From NCBI GenBank assembly GCA_963668695.2, contig CAXXLQ010000001.1:69807-133806 (forward strand): DNA of 64,000 nucleotides, in the 5' to 3' direction. This DNA is from Vicinamibacteria bacterium. Lineage in GTDB: Bacteria; Acidobacteriota; Vicinamibacteria; Marinacidobacterales; Marinacidobacteraceae. A model generated the notes under the pieces. It had not been told where the DNA came from, searched no databases, and saw only the letters and a program-made list of their open reading frames with translations. How positions within the stretch are numbered: the stretch's first letter is position 1; each line of letters starts with the position of its first letter. Positions 55,488-64,000 of this stretch are shown one piece after another. The translations under genes and the position numbers were made by a program.

Positions 55488-58400
55488 ATGAGCGCGCCGG
55501 ACCAGCACCGACACTCACACAGTCAGGAAGAGGTCAAGGAACGCGGCAACGCGCTGGCGCGCTTCGCCGTGGATCGCCGGGTCACGATCAGCATGATCGC
55601 CGTGGGGCTGATCGTGCTCGGATACGTCTCGCTCACCCGGCTCCCCCTCGAATTCCTCCCCTCGTTCGGGGCCAACAGCCTCTGGGTGAGTGTCGATTAC
55701 GAGTCCTCCTCCCCCGAGGAAACGGAGCGGCTGGTGGTTCGGCCGCTTGAGGAGAGTCTCGGGACCATCCCGGGCATCACCGTCCTCACCGCCACCGCGA
55801 ACGCCAACAGCGGCAACGTGAGTATCGAGTTCAACGAAGCGGCGGACATGGATCTGATGGTCGTGGAGGCCCGCGACCGGGTGGACCGGGTCCGTCATCT
55901 CCTTCCCGACGACATCGAACGCATCAACATCCGGCGCTTCCAGAGCAGCGACATCCCCATCCTCCAGTTCCACCTGGGGGCTCCCTGGGAACGGGAACGC
56001 CTCTTCGACTTCGCCGAAGACTTCGTGCAGCCCCGGCTCGAGCGCCTTGAAGGCGTGGCCAGCGTGGACGTACGGGGCGTCCGCCGACGGGAATTGCGGG
56101 TGAGCATGGATCAGCGGCGGATGGCGGCGCTGAACGTGGATGTCCGGGATATTTCGACGGTTCTGTCCCAGAACAACGTCAATGTTTCCGGCGGCACCAT
56201 CATCGACGGATCCCGAAAGTTCATCGTCAGGACGGTCGGAGAGTTCCGCCGCCCGGAGGAGATCCGCGAAACCCCGATCGGCGATAGCGGACTGCGGCTG
56301 AGCGACGTCGCCGACGTCACCTATGAGTTCCCCACCCAGACTTCGTTCGACTATCTGAACGGCGAAGAAGCGGTCACCTTCCGCGTCTACAAGGCGTCCA
56401 ACGCCAACGTGCTCGATGTCGCCGACGGCGTCAAGGCGGAGATGGCGGAGATCGCGTCGATATCCCGGTACGAGGATATCGACGTCCGGTACATCCATGA
56501 CTCTTCGGTCGACGTTCGCGGGGGGCTGTCGCAGCTCGCCCTTGCCGGGCTCTTTGGCGGAGGGCTCGCCATCCTCATCCTGCTCCTGTTCCTGCAGAAG
56601 GTCCGGACCACCCTGCTGGTCGCGGTGGCGATCCCGCTCTCGATCATCACCACGTTCGTGATCATGTACCTGGGCCGGCAGACGGGCCTCGTCGACACCA
56701 CCCTGAACGTGATCAGCCTCTTCGGGTTGATGGTGGCCGTCGGCATGCTCGCCGATCCCGCGATCGTGGTCATCGACTCGATCTCGCGCCACTTCACCGA
56801 ATACCAGGAAGACTCCCGCACGGCGGCGATCCGCGGCGTCTCCGCCGTGACCATGCCGATCGTCGCCGGTGCGGCGACCACCATGTGCGTGTTCCTTCCG
56901 CTCGTTTTCCTCGGGGCGACGATGGGGGGCTTCTTCCGCATCTTCACCGACTTCGGGTTCACCCTGAGCGTGGTGATCGTGGCTTCCCTGCTCGTGGCGC
57001 TCACGGTCGTGCCCATGATGGCGGGCGTTGTCCTCCGCAACGAGCGGCGTGTCTATTCCCGGACGATGCGCCTCCTCGGCCGTCTCCACGGAAGGATCGT
57101 CCGGCGCACGCTCCAGCATCGGTTCGTTTCGCTCGGCGTCGCGATCGGTCTGTTGGGACTGGCCTGGATCCTCTACCAGAACACCGAGCGGTCCAGCTTC
57201 AGTTCGACGGTGGAACGACAGGTGACCGTCAACGTGGATGTGCCCCGGGCCTACTCGATTGACGAAACCCGCGAGGTGATGGAGTCGGTAGCGGCGCTTA
57301 TCGAAGAGCGGCGCGATGAACTCGAGATCACCGACGTGGTTTACGAGTTCCGCCGCGGCGGCGGACGGTCGCGGGGCGGCTACGGCGGCGGCGGCCGTCG
57401 GTTCGAGCTCTACCTGGTGGATGAAATGGAGTCCGAGCGGAGCGTCCAGGAGATCACGGACGAGATCCGGGAGATGCTCCCGACGGTCGCCGGGGTTGAC
57501 TTCCGGATCGCCGAGAGCCGGGGGCACGGTCCCGGTGGGGGCAGCGGAATCCGGCTGGACCTGAAGGGCGACGACATGGACGTGCTCGAACTGATTTCGG
57601 GCCGCGTGGTTGAACGGCTCGCGTCGCTTCCCTGGATCCGGGATGTGGACACTTCGCTCGAGAGCGGAACCGAAGAGCTCCATATCACCCCGCACGCGGA
57701 ACGGGCGCTCGCTTCCGGTTCCGGGACCAATGCGGTGGCCCAGACCGTTCGCAGTGCATTGACTTCGCGACCGGTGGGGACCATCGAGAGCGACCAACGG
57801 GAAGTGGACATCGTGGTTCAGTTCCCCGAGGAACAGCGCGAGCGGCTTGATCACCTCCGCAGCATGCCGGTCTTCGTGGCCGGCGCCCGGGTGCCCGTGG
57901 GGGCGATGGCCGACTTCGAGGTGGTGAGCGGGCCGCGCAGCATCGAGCGCGAAGATCGCCGTCCCAAGCTGACCATCAGCGCCAACACCACGGTTCCGGG
58001 AGCTTCTTTCCGGCTCATGGGGCAGGTGCGGGAACAGCTCGCCGACATCGCGCTACCGCCGGGTTACGAGTGGAGCTTCGACCGGTGGAGCCGCATGGGC
58101 CAGGCGGATTTCTCCGCCGCGGGGTTCGCCTTCGCCTTCGCACTTCTCCTGATCTACCTGATCATGGTGGCGCTTTTCGAGAGCTTCCTCCATCCGGCGG
58201 TGATCATGTTCTCGATCCCGTTCTCTTTCATCGGAGTGGCGGTAACGCTCAAGCTCACCGGACAGACGCTCGGCAACACCGCGATGCTGGGTCTGGTACT
58301 GCTCGCCGGGATCGTCGTGAACAACGCCATCGTGTTGATCGCGCACGTCAACACCCTCCGCCGCGAGGGCATGTCCCGGGACGAGGCGCTCGTTCTTGGG

Positions 58401-58721
58401 AGCGAGCACCGGCTACGGCCGGTCATGATGACCGCCCTGACTACCTTCTGCGGCCTGATGCCGCTCGCGGCGCCCTACTTCCTGCCGGGGCTCTTCGGGT
58501 CGGTGGATGGGCGCGCCGGACAATGGGCGCCGATCGGCCTCGTGCTGGCCGGAGGACTGCCTGCCTCCACCCTGCTCACCCTGCTTCTCGTTCCCACGAT
58601 CTATGCCGTGACCGACGACCTCAAGCGGCTGGTCTGGCCCTACACCACCGCCCCGGAGGTCCGTGCGGCGATTGAGCCCGCAGCGACCGGTGCGCCGGCT
58701 CTGAACCCAGTCACGCAGTGA
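55488..58721 (+). CDS. RND-family efflux transporter permease, copy 1
   Basis: 1077 aa with the 12-TM/2-loop RND layout. Has FAVDRRVTISM and the conserved TM4-region GMLADPAIVVIDS, plus a C-terminal half repeat. Confidence 0.9.
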   Translation: MSAPDQHRHSHSQEEVKERGNALARFAVDRRVTISMIAVGLIVLGYVSLTRLPLEFLPSFGANSLWVSVDYESSSPEETERLVVRPLEESLGTIPGITVLTATANANSGNVSIEFNEAADMDLMVVEARDRVDRVRHLLPDDIERINIRRFQSSDIPILQFHLGAPWERERLFDFAEDFVQPRLERLEGVASVDVRGVRRRELRVSMDQRRMAALNVDVRDISTVLSQNNVNVSGGTIIDGSRKFIVRTVGEFRRPEEIRETPIGDSGLRLSDVADVTYEFPTQTSFDYLNGEEAVTFRVYKASNANVLDVADGVKAEMAEIASISRYEDIDVRYIHDSSVDVRGGLSQLALAGLFGGGLAILILLLFLQKVRTTLLVAVAIPLSIITTFVIMYLGRQTGLVDTTLNVISLFGLMVAVGMLADPAIVVIDSISRHFTEYQEDSRTAAIRGVSAVTMPIVAGAATTMCVFLPLVFLGATMGGFFRIFTDFGFTLSVVIVASLLVALTVVPMMAGVVLRNERRVYSRTMRLLGRLHGRIVRRTLQHRFVSLGVAIGLLGLAWILYQNTERSSFSSTVERQVTVNVDVPRAYSIDETREVMESVAALIEERRDELEITDVVYEFRRGGGRSRGGYGGGGRRFELYLVDEMESERSVQEITDEIREMLPTVAGVDFRIAESRGHGPGGGSGIRLDLKGDDMDVLELISGRVVERLASLPWIRDVDTSLESGTEELHITPHAERALASGSGTNAVAQTVRSALTSRPVGTIESDQREVDIVVQFPEEQRERLDHLRSMPVFVAGARVPVGAMADFEVVSGPRSIEREDRRPKLTISANTTVPGASFRLMGQVREQLADIALPPGYEWSFDRWSRMGQADFSAAGFAFAFALLLIYLIMVALFESFLHPAVIMFSIPFSFIGVAVTLKLTGQTLGNTAMLGLVLLAGIVVNNAIVLIAHVNTLRREGMSRDEALVLGSEHRLRPVMMTALTTFCGLMPLAAPYFLPGLFGSVDGRAGQWAPIGLVLAGGLPASTLLTLLLVPTIYAVTDDLKRLVWPYTTAPEVRAAIEPAATGAPALNPVTQ

Positions 58722-60703
58722 GGGAATTCGTGCCCCAGACAAAGACAACGACACGCTCGCCGCGGGGCTGGAAAATCCCCGGACGAAAGCTTCTCCAGGC
58801 GCTGATCCTGGTCGGTTTGGCCGGCGCCTTGGCGTGCGGATCCTCCGAAGAGGAAGGGGCTGCTCCGGGCCGTTCCGGCGGGGGCGGCGGCGGCAGGCCG
58901 GGAGGTGGTCCACCGGGCGGATTCGGCGGGGGAGAGAGTGCGGGCACGGAAGTACCCGTCGAAGTCGTCGAAATCCTGCCCGGCGAGATCTCGGCGTTCA
59001 TCGAGACGAACGGCACCCTGGAAGCGGAGCGCGAGGTGGACATCGTGGCCCGCGCCGGCGGCCCGCTGGTGGCTCTCAATACCGAAGAGGGAATGCAGGT
59101 GAAGGCGGGCGAGTTGCTTGCCCAGATTGATGAAGCTGAGGCGCGCGCGCAGGTGGAGATCGCCAAGGTAGCGCTGCAGGACGCGGAACTTGTCCACAAC
59201 CGGGCGAAGGCGTCGCTCGAGAATGCGGTCGTGAGCCAGGAGGTGTACGACAGCGCGCGCTCTGGTCTGGAATCGGCGCGGGCGCAGTTGGTCGGAAACG
59301 AGATCCAGCTGAGTTATACCCAAATCGCGGCGCCCTTCGACGGGCTGATCATCCAGCGCGCCGTGAAGTTTGGGGAAACAGTGGCGGTGGGGCAGCAACT
59401 CTTCCGCATCTCCGACTTCGATCCACTCCTCTGCACCATCGGAGTGCCCGAGCGGGACCTGACCCGGCTCTCGATCGGCCAGCCGGCGATTCTGGAAGTG
59501 GAAGCTTTTCCGGGCGAGCTGTTCCGGGGCCGGGTGCTGCGAATCAGCCCGGTGGTGGACTCCGCGACCGGGACGATCCGGGTGACCCTGGAAGTGGACC
59601 GGCGCGGACGGCTCAGCCCCGGGATGTTCGCCGGAGTGCGGCTCGTGACCGACGTGCGCCAGAACGCGCTGATCATGCCCAAACGCGCCCTCTCCCTGGA
59701 GAGCCTCGCCGACTCGGTCTTCGTCGTGGAGGACGGGGTTGCCTACCGCCGCAACGTGACCCTCGGCTATGAAGAGGATGATCGGGTTGAGGTGACCGCC
59801 GGGCTCAGCGCGAACGACCGGGTGATCGTGGTCGGCCAGGACGGTTTGACCGATGCCACCCCGGTTCAGATCCTCGTCGGCCCGGGGGCGGAGGAGCCCA
59901 GGAGCCGCACGGCGGACGCCGGGAGCCCGCCGGGTGGATCCGGAATGTCCGAGGAGCGTCGCGCTGCGATGCGCGAGCGGATGCGTGAGCGCGGTATGAC
60001 CGACGAGCAAATCGACACCCGGCTCGCGGCCATGGAAACGGGCGGAGGCCCTCCGGGGGGAGGCGTCCCGTCGCGTGGTGCCCAATCGCGTGGCGGAGGG
60101 GCGCCTACCGCTTCCCCGGCCGAAGAGCGGCCGGCAGCGGACCAAACCCCGGCGGACCAAACGTCCCGGGAAGCTCCCGCAACACCGCCGGGTTCGACCA
60201 CCCCGGACCGAGCCCCGAGGGCAACTCCCGCTCCGGCAGACAGCGAGGAGCCCTCGGCACCGGCGGCGCCCGCTCCGGCGGCCGCGCCGGTGACTGCGGC
60301 GGAACCGCCAGGATCGCCAGGACCGCCGGGATCGCCAGGATCGGGCGCGGCGTCCACCTCACCGCGGCGGACGGGTCGTGCTGCCGGTTCACGGGCCGGG
60401 CGCGCCGGGACCGCGACGGCCGCCGGGCCGGGAGAAGGCACTGCACCGGATTCCTTCGAGAGCCTCCCGCCCGAAACGCAGGAAGCGATTCGCGCTCGCC
60501 TGCGTTCCATGGGCTTGACCGACGAACAGATCGAGGAGCGGGTCCGCCGCGGTTGGGGGTTGCCCTCAGCTGAGGGAGCGTCCCGGGACGCGGAACCAAC
60601 ACCCGAGCAGCTTGAAGCTTTGCGCGAACAACTCCGTAGCCGGGGAATGACGGAAGAACAGATCGAGGAGATCATCGCCCGGCGCCGCCGTCCGCCGCGT
60701 TAG
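58718..60703 (+). CDS. RND efflux periplasmic adaptor (MFP) with Gly-rich N-linker and ~270-aa low-complexity C-terminal tail
   Basis: Lipoprotein-like LAGALACGSS. The MFP core has QIDEAEARAQVE, YTQIAAPFDGLI and RISPVVDSATGTIRV. The Pro/Ala/Gly-rich tail carries three RGMT(D/E)EQI(D/E)-type motifs. Its GTG overlaps the RND1 stop. Confidence 0.85.
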   Translation: MREFVPQTKTTTRSPRGWKIPGRKLLQALILVGLAGALACGSSEEEGAAPGRSGGGGGGRPGGGPPGGFGGGESAGTEVPVEVVEILPGEISAFIETNGTLEAEREVDIVARAGGPLVALNTEEGMQVKAGELLAQIDEAEARAQVEIAKVALQDAELVHNRAKASLENAVVSQEVYDSARSGLESARAQLVGNEIQLSYTQIAAPFDGLIIQRAVKFGETVAVGQQLFRISDFDPLLCTIGVPERDLTRLSIGQPAILEVEAFPGELFRGRVLRISPVVDSATGTIRVTLEVDRRGRLSPGMFAGVRLVTDVRQNALIMPKRALSLESLADSVFVVEDGVAYRRNVTLGYEEDDRVEVTAGLSANDRVIVVGQDGLTDATPVQILVGPGAEEPRSRTADAGSPPGGSGMSEERRAAMRERMRERGMTDEQIDTRLAAMETGGGPPGGGVPSRGAQSRGGGAPTASPAEERPAADQTPADQTSREAPATPPGSTTPDRAPRATPAPADSEEPSAPAAPAPAAAPVTAAEPPGSPGPPGSPGSGAASTSPRRTGRAAGSRAGRAGTATAAGPGEGTAPDSFESLPPETQEAIRARLRSMGLTDEQIEERVRRGWGLPSAEGASRDAEPTPEQLEALREQLRSRGMTEEQIEEIIARRRRPPR

Positions 60704-60737
60704 CCCAGCCGCACCTCCTCACGGACAGCCCCGACCG

Positions 60738-63700
60738 ATGCGCATCGTCGACTTTTCCATCCGGCGGCCCGTCACCGTCGTGGTGCTGTTCATCGCCATC
60801 GTGGTGTTCGGGGTGGTCGGTTTCGACCGCCTGTCCGTGGATCTGCTGCCGGACATTACCTACCCGTCGCTGAACGTCCGCACCGAGTACGAGGGCGCCG
60901 CGCCCAGCGAGATCGAAAACCTGATCACCAGGCCCATCGAAAACGCGGTCGGGGTGGTCAACAACGTGAATCGGGTCGTTTCTTCCTCCCGGCCCGACGT
61001 CAGCGAAGTCACTTTGGAGTTCGGTTGGGGAACGGACATGGACATGGCCGCGCTGGACGTGCGCGAACGGCTCGACGTGGTGCGGCTCCCGCTTGACGCG
61101 CCGCGACCGACGCTCCTGCGTTTCGATCCTTCGCTGGACCCGATCCTCCGCTTCGGGCTGACCGGAAGCGAGGACCTCGTCCGACTCAGGCTCATTGCGG
61201 AACAGGAGATCCAGCGCAACCTCGAGCGCGTCGAAGGGGTGGCGGCGGTGCTCGTCAGCGGCGGCCTGGAAGAGGAAATCCACGTCGAAATCGACGAGCG
61301 GAAGGTGGCGAGCCTCGGGCTCTCGATTCCCGCAGTGGTGAACCGGCTCGCTCAGGAGAATGTCAACCTGACCGCCGGGCGCCTGCTCGACGGTGGAACC
61401 GAGTACCTGGTCCGAACGATCAACGAATTCGAGCGTCCCGAGGACATGCGGGACATCGTGGTGGATGCCGAGCGCACCGTGATCCGGCTCGACGACATAG
61501 CCACCATTAGCCGGGGCGCCAAGGAACGGGAGGTCATCACCCGCATCGACGGCCTCGAATCGATCGAGATCGCCGTGTACAAGGAGGGGGGGACGAACAC
61601 CGTCACCGTGGCGGACGACGTCATGGCCCGCGTCGAAGAACTTCAGGAGCGCCTGGGCCGGGTGGGCGAGGATCTCGCGCTGACCCTGGTCACCGACCAG
61701 GCGCGCTACATCCGCCAGTCGGTGTCCGAGGTGCTCCAGACCGCGGTGTTCGGGGGCATTCTCGCGATCCTGGTACTGATCCTCTTCCTCGGGGAACTGC
61801 GGTCTACTGCGATCATCGGGATCTCCATTCCGATTTCGGTCATCGGAACCTTCTTCCTGATGTATGTGTCGGGCGTCTCGCTCAACATCATGTCGCTCGG
61901 CGGCATCACCCTGGGCATCGGGCTGCTGGTGGACAACTCGATCGTGGTGCTCGAAGCGATCAAGCGGAAACGGCATGAGGGACTTGGTCTCGTCGAGGCT
62001 TCCCGGGCCGGAACCGGCGAGGTCGGACAGGCGGTGATCGCCAGCACGATGACGACGGTCTGCGTTTTCGTGCCGATCGTGTTCGTCGAGGGGATCGCGG
62101 GGCAGTTGTTCGGAGACCAGGCGCTCACGGTGACCTTCTCGCTCGCGGTTTCGCTGCTCGTCGCGCTCACGCTGATCCCGATGCTCGCCTCGCGCGAATT
62201 CCGTCCGGCCCCCGCGACGGAAGCCGCGATTTTCAGGACCGCGGCCGGCCGCCTTTTCGGGCGGGTCGTTTCAGCGGTGAGCCGGGGTGTGATGTGGGTC
62301 GTCTTCGGGATCTTCAAGGGTGTCGATCTCGTCATCAAGGGGATCCTCTGGCTGCCGAGCCGGCTCTTCCAGTTGGCGTACAACGGCGTCGTCCGCGCCT
62401 ATCCGCCGGTTCTGAACGGGGCCCTCAATCATCCGTTCCGGGTGGGAACCCCTGCCATCGTGCTCTTCGCCGGGGCGCTCTACGTGGTCCCTTCGCTCGG
62501 GACGGAACTCGTGCCCGAGTTGGTCCAGGGAGAGTTCTTCGTGGACACCGAGCTTCCCGCCGGCACCCACCTGGATCTCAATTCCCGGCGCCTTATGCAT
62601 CTTGAGCAAGCGGCCCGTGAGATCCCCGGAGTACGCACGGTCTACGCAACGGTGGGGACCAGCAGCCAGCAGGGCGGGGCAGCCGGAGAACTCCGGGAGA
62701 ACATCGGCCAGATTACCGTGGTGCTGGATCCTCCGGTGGACCGCGACCGGGAAGAGGCGGCGATTGCGGAGCTCCGCCCGCAGCTCGAGGCAGACCCGGA
62801 TTTGCTCTACATCTTCGGGCGGCCGTCCTACTTCAGCTTCCGAACCCCGGTGGAACTCGAGATCCGCGGCTTCAACCTCACTCAGCTGGAACGGACCGCC
62901 GACGAGGCGGTCGCCGGCCTCCGGCAGATTCCGGGGCTCGTGGACGTCAAGTCGTCCACCGAGGGTGGGAACCCCGAACTACAGATCCGGTTCCACCGCG
63001 ACCGGGTGGCGTCGCTTGGATACAACGTGAACCAGCTCGGCAACCTCATCCGCACCAAGGTGCTTGGCGATGTAGCCACCGACATCCAGCGGGACGACCG
63101 TTCCATCGACATCCGTCTCCGCAGCGACGAATCCTTCCGCGACAGCATTGAGGATCTGCGGAATCTGAACATCTCCGACGATGCCGCCGCCACGATCCCG
63201 CTTTCGAGCGTGGCCGATGTGGACGAAGTGATCGGCCCCGCGGAAATCCGCCGCGCCGACGGCGAGCGGGTGGCCACGATCACCGCGAACATCCTCGGGC
63301 GGGATCTCGGAAGCGTGGCCACCGACATCGAGGCCCTGATGGCGGGCATTGGGATGCCCGCCAGCTTCAGTTGGCGGCTCGGCGGCCAGCAGGAGGAGAT
63401 GGAGACCTCCTTTGCGAGCATGCAGTTCGCGATCCTGCTCGCGGTGTTCATGGTCTACCTGGTGATGGCCTCGCAGTTCGAGTCGCTGCTCCATCCGTTC
63501 GTGATCCTTTTCTCCGTTCCGTTTTCCCTCGTCGGGGTGATCTTCGCCCTCAAGCTGTTCTCGGTGACGGTGAGTGTGGTGGTGCTGATCGGGGTCATCA
63601 TGCTGGCGGGCATCGTGGTGAACAACGCCATCCTGCTGCTCGACACCACCAACCGCCTCCGTCGCGGCGGCATGGCGAAGTTGGACGCGCTGCGGGAGGC

Positions 63701-63896
63701 GGGGAAGGTCCGACTCCGACCGATCCTGATGACCACCTCGACCACCGTCCTGGGTCTTCTTCCCATGGCTATCGGCCTCGGGGAGGGCAGCGAGCTGCGG
63801 ACTCCGATGGCGATCGCGGTGATCGGCGGCCTGGTCCTTTCCACCGCTCTGACCCTGCTCGTTATCCCGGCCGTCTATCGCGTCATCGGAAGGTAG
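60738..63896 (+). CDS. RND-family efflux transporter permease, copy 2
   Basis: 1052 aa. MRIVDFSIRRPVTVVVLFIAIVVFG and GLLVDNSIVVLEA. It is a divergent paralog of copy 1 (clearly alignable but mostly non-identical by eye). Confidence 0.9.
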   Translation: MRIVDFSIRRPVTVVVLFIAIVVFGVVGFDRLSVDLLPDITYPSLNVRTEYEGAAPSEIENLITRPIENAVGVVNNVNRVVSSSRPDVSEVTLEFGWGTDMDMAALDVRERLDVVRLPLDAPRPTLLRFDPSLDPILRFGLTGSEDLVRLRLIAEQEIQRNLERVEGVAAVLVSGGLEEEIHVEIDERKVASLGLSIPAVVNRLAQENVNLTAGRLLDGGTEYLVRTINEFERPEDMRDIVVDAERTVIRLDDIATISRGAKEREVITRIDGLESIEIAVYKEGGTNTVTVADDVMARVEELQERLGRVGEDLALTLVTDQARYIRQSVSEVLQTAVFGGILAILVLILFLGELRSTAIIGISIPISVIGTFFLMYVSGVSLNIMSLGGITLGIGLLVDNSIVVLEAIKRKRHEGLGLVEASRAGTGEVGQAVIASTMTTVCVFVPIVFVEGIAGQLFGDQALTVTFSLAVSLLVALTLIPMLASREFRPAPATEAAIFRTAAGRLFGRVVSAVSRGVMWVVFGIFKGVDLVIKGILWLPSRLFQLAYNGVVRAYPPVLNGALNHPFRVGTPAIVLFAGALYVVPSLGTELVPELVQGEFFVDTELPAGTHLDLNSRRLMHLEQAAREIPGVRTVYATVGTSSQQGGAAGELRENIGQITVVLDPPVDRDREEAAIAELRPQLEADPDLLYIFGRPSYFSFRTPVELEIRGFNLTQLERTADEAVAGLRQIPGLVDVKSSTEGGNPELQIRFHRDRVASLGYNVNQLGNLIRTKVLGDVATDIQRDDRSIDIRLRSDESFRDSIEDLRNLNISDDAAATIPLSSVADVDEVIGPAEIRRADGERVATITANILGRDLGSVATDIEALMAGIGMPASFSWRLGGQQEEMETSFASMQFAILLAVFMVYLVMASQFESLLHPFVILFSVPFSLVGVIFALKLFSVTVSVVVLIGVIMLAGIVVNNAILLLDTTNRLRRGGMAKLDALREAGKVRLRPILMTTSTTVLGLLPMAIGLGEGSELRTPMAIAVIGGLVLSTALTLLVIPAVYRVIGR

Positions 63897-64000
63897 TCCC
63901 GCTCGGGGAACGCAGCTCGCGGAGCGCGGCGCGGCAGGACAGGGAACGCTGGCATCCGGCCGGCATCGCGGCGCGAGAGGACAGCGAGAGGGACGATGCT

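Noticed and set aside
55515-57854. Very long antisense or alternative-frame ORFs overlapping well-supported genes. Examples: 55515..57854 -, 35032..37131 -, 39217..41598 -, 20673..22091 -, 58640..60160 -, 60672..61976 -, 1592..2878 -.
   Set aside because: They are Arg/Pro/Gly/Asp-rich low-complexity translations typical of stop-codon-poor high-GC DNA. None has a recognisable motif, and the opposite or alternate frame in each case encodes a clear conserved protein.

Overview
This is a very GC-rich (about two-thirds G+C by eye) bacterial chromosomal segment with about 50 protein genes, 3 tRNAs and an unusually heavy load of structured intergenic repeats. Genes from left to right: three tandem paralogs of a CBM9-like/DUF5916-type outer-membrane protein; vapBC; two paralogous exported hypotheticals; a CitE-like lyase and a DAACS symporter; a class-C-type serine hydrolase; a TolB-propeller/amidohydrolase fusion; HU; an orphan GspE/PilB-type ATPase; pyrK-pyrD-pyrF, with pyrK and pyrD split by about 0.8 kb of repeats; Pal with a polyproline linker; a degenerate sigma54-activator-like regulator; pdxS/pdxT; a DMT transporter; korAB; rpsA plus an IHF-like gene; icmF plus a stand-alone B12-binding domain plus birA; comEC; mazG; DUF1844-ribF; an RsbV/RsbW/RsbU-like partner-switching trio; cysS-yraN; tRNA-Gly/Cys/Leu; a decayed integrase-bearing remnant and a 1.3 kb gene desert; a trans-sulfuration PLP enzyme; and an ECF sigma / anti-sigma / LTXXQ-like / RND-MFP-RND operon. 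The most striking non-genic signal is two interlocking families of mosaic repeat elements. One is MITE-like with CTAGCAGCC...GGCTGCTAG ends. The other ends in a conserved G/C hairpin. Both can carry a tandemly amplified 81-90 bp module. Together they occupy most intergenic gaps (roughly 4 kb of the 64 kb by my coordinates). They abut start codons, donate stop codons and create long spurious ORFs in all frames. No CRISPR array, rRNA or intact transposase was seen. All family names come from recognising motifs by eye, with no searches run. The lineage guess (Gemmatimonadota/Acidobacteriota-like Gram-negative) rests on gene content only and is unverified.
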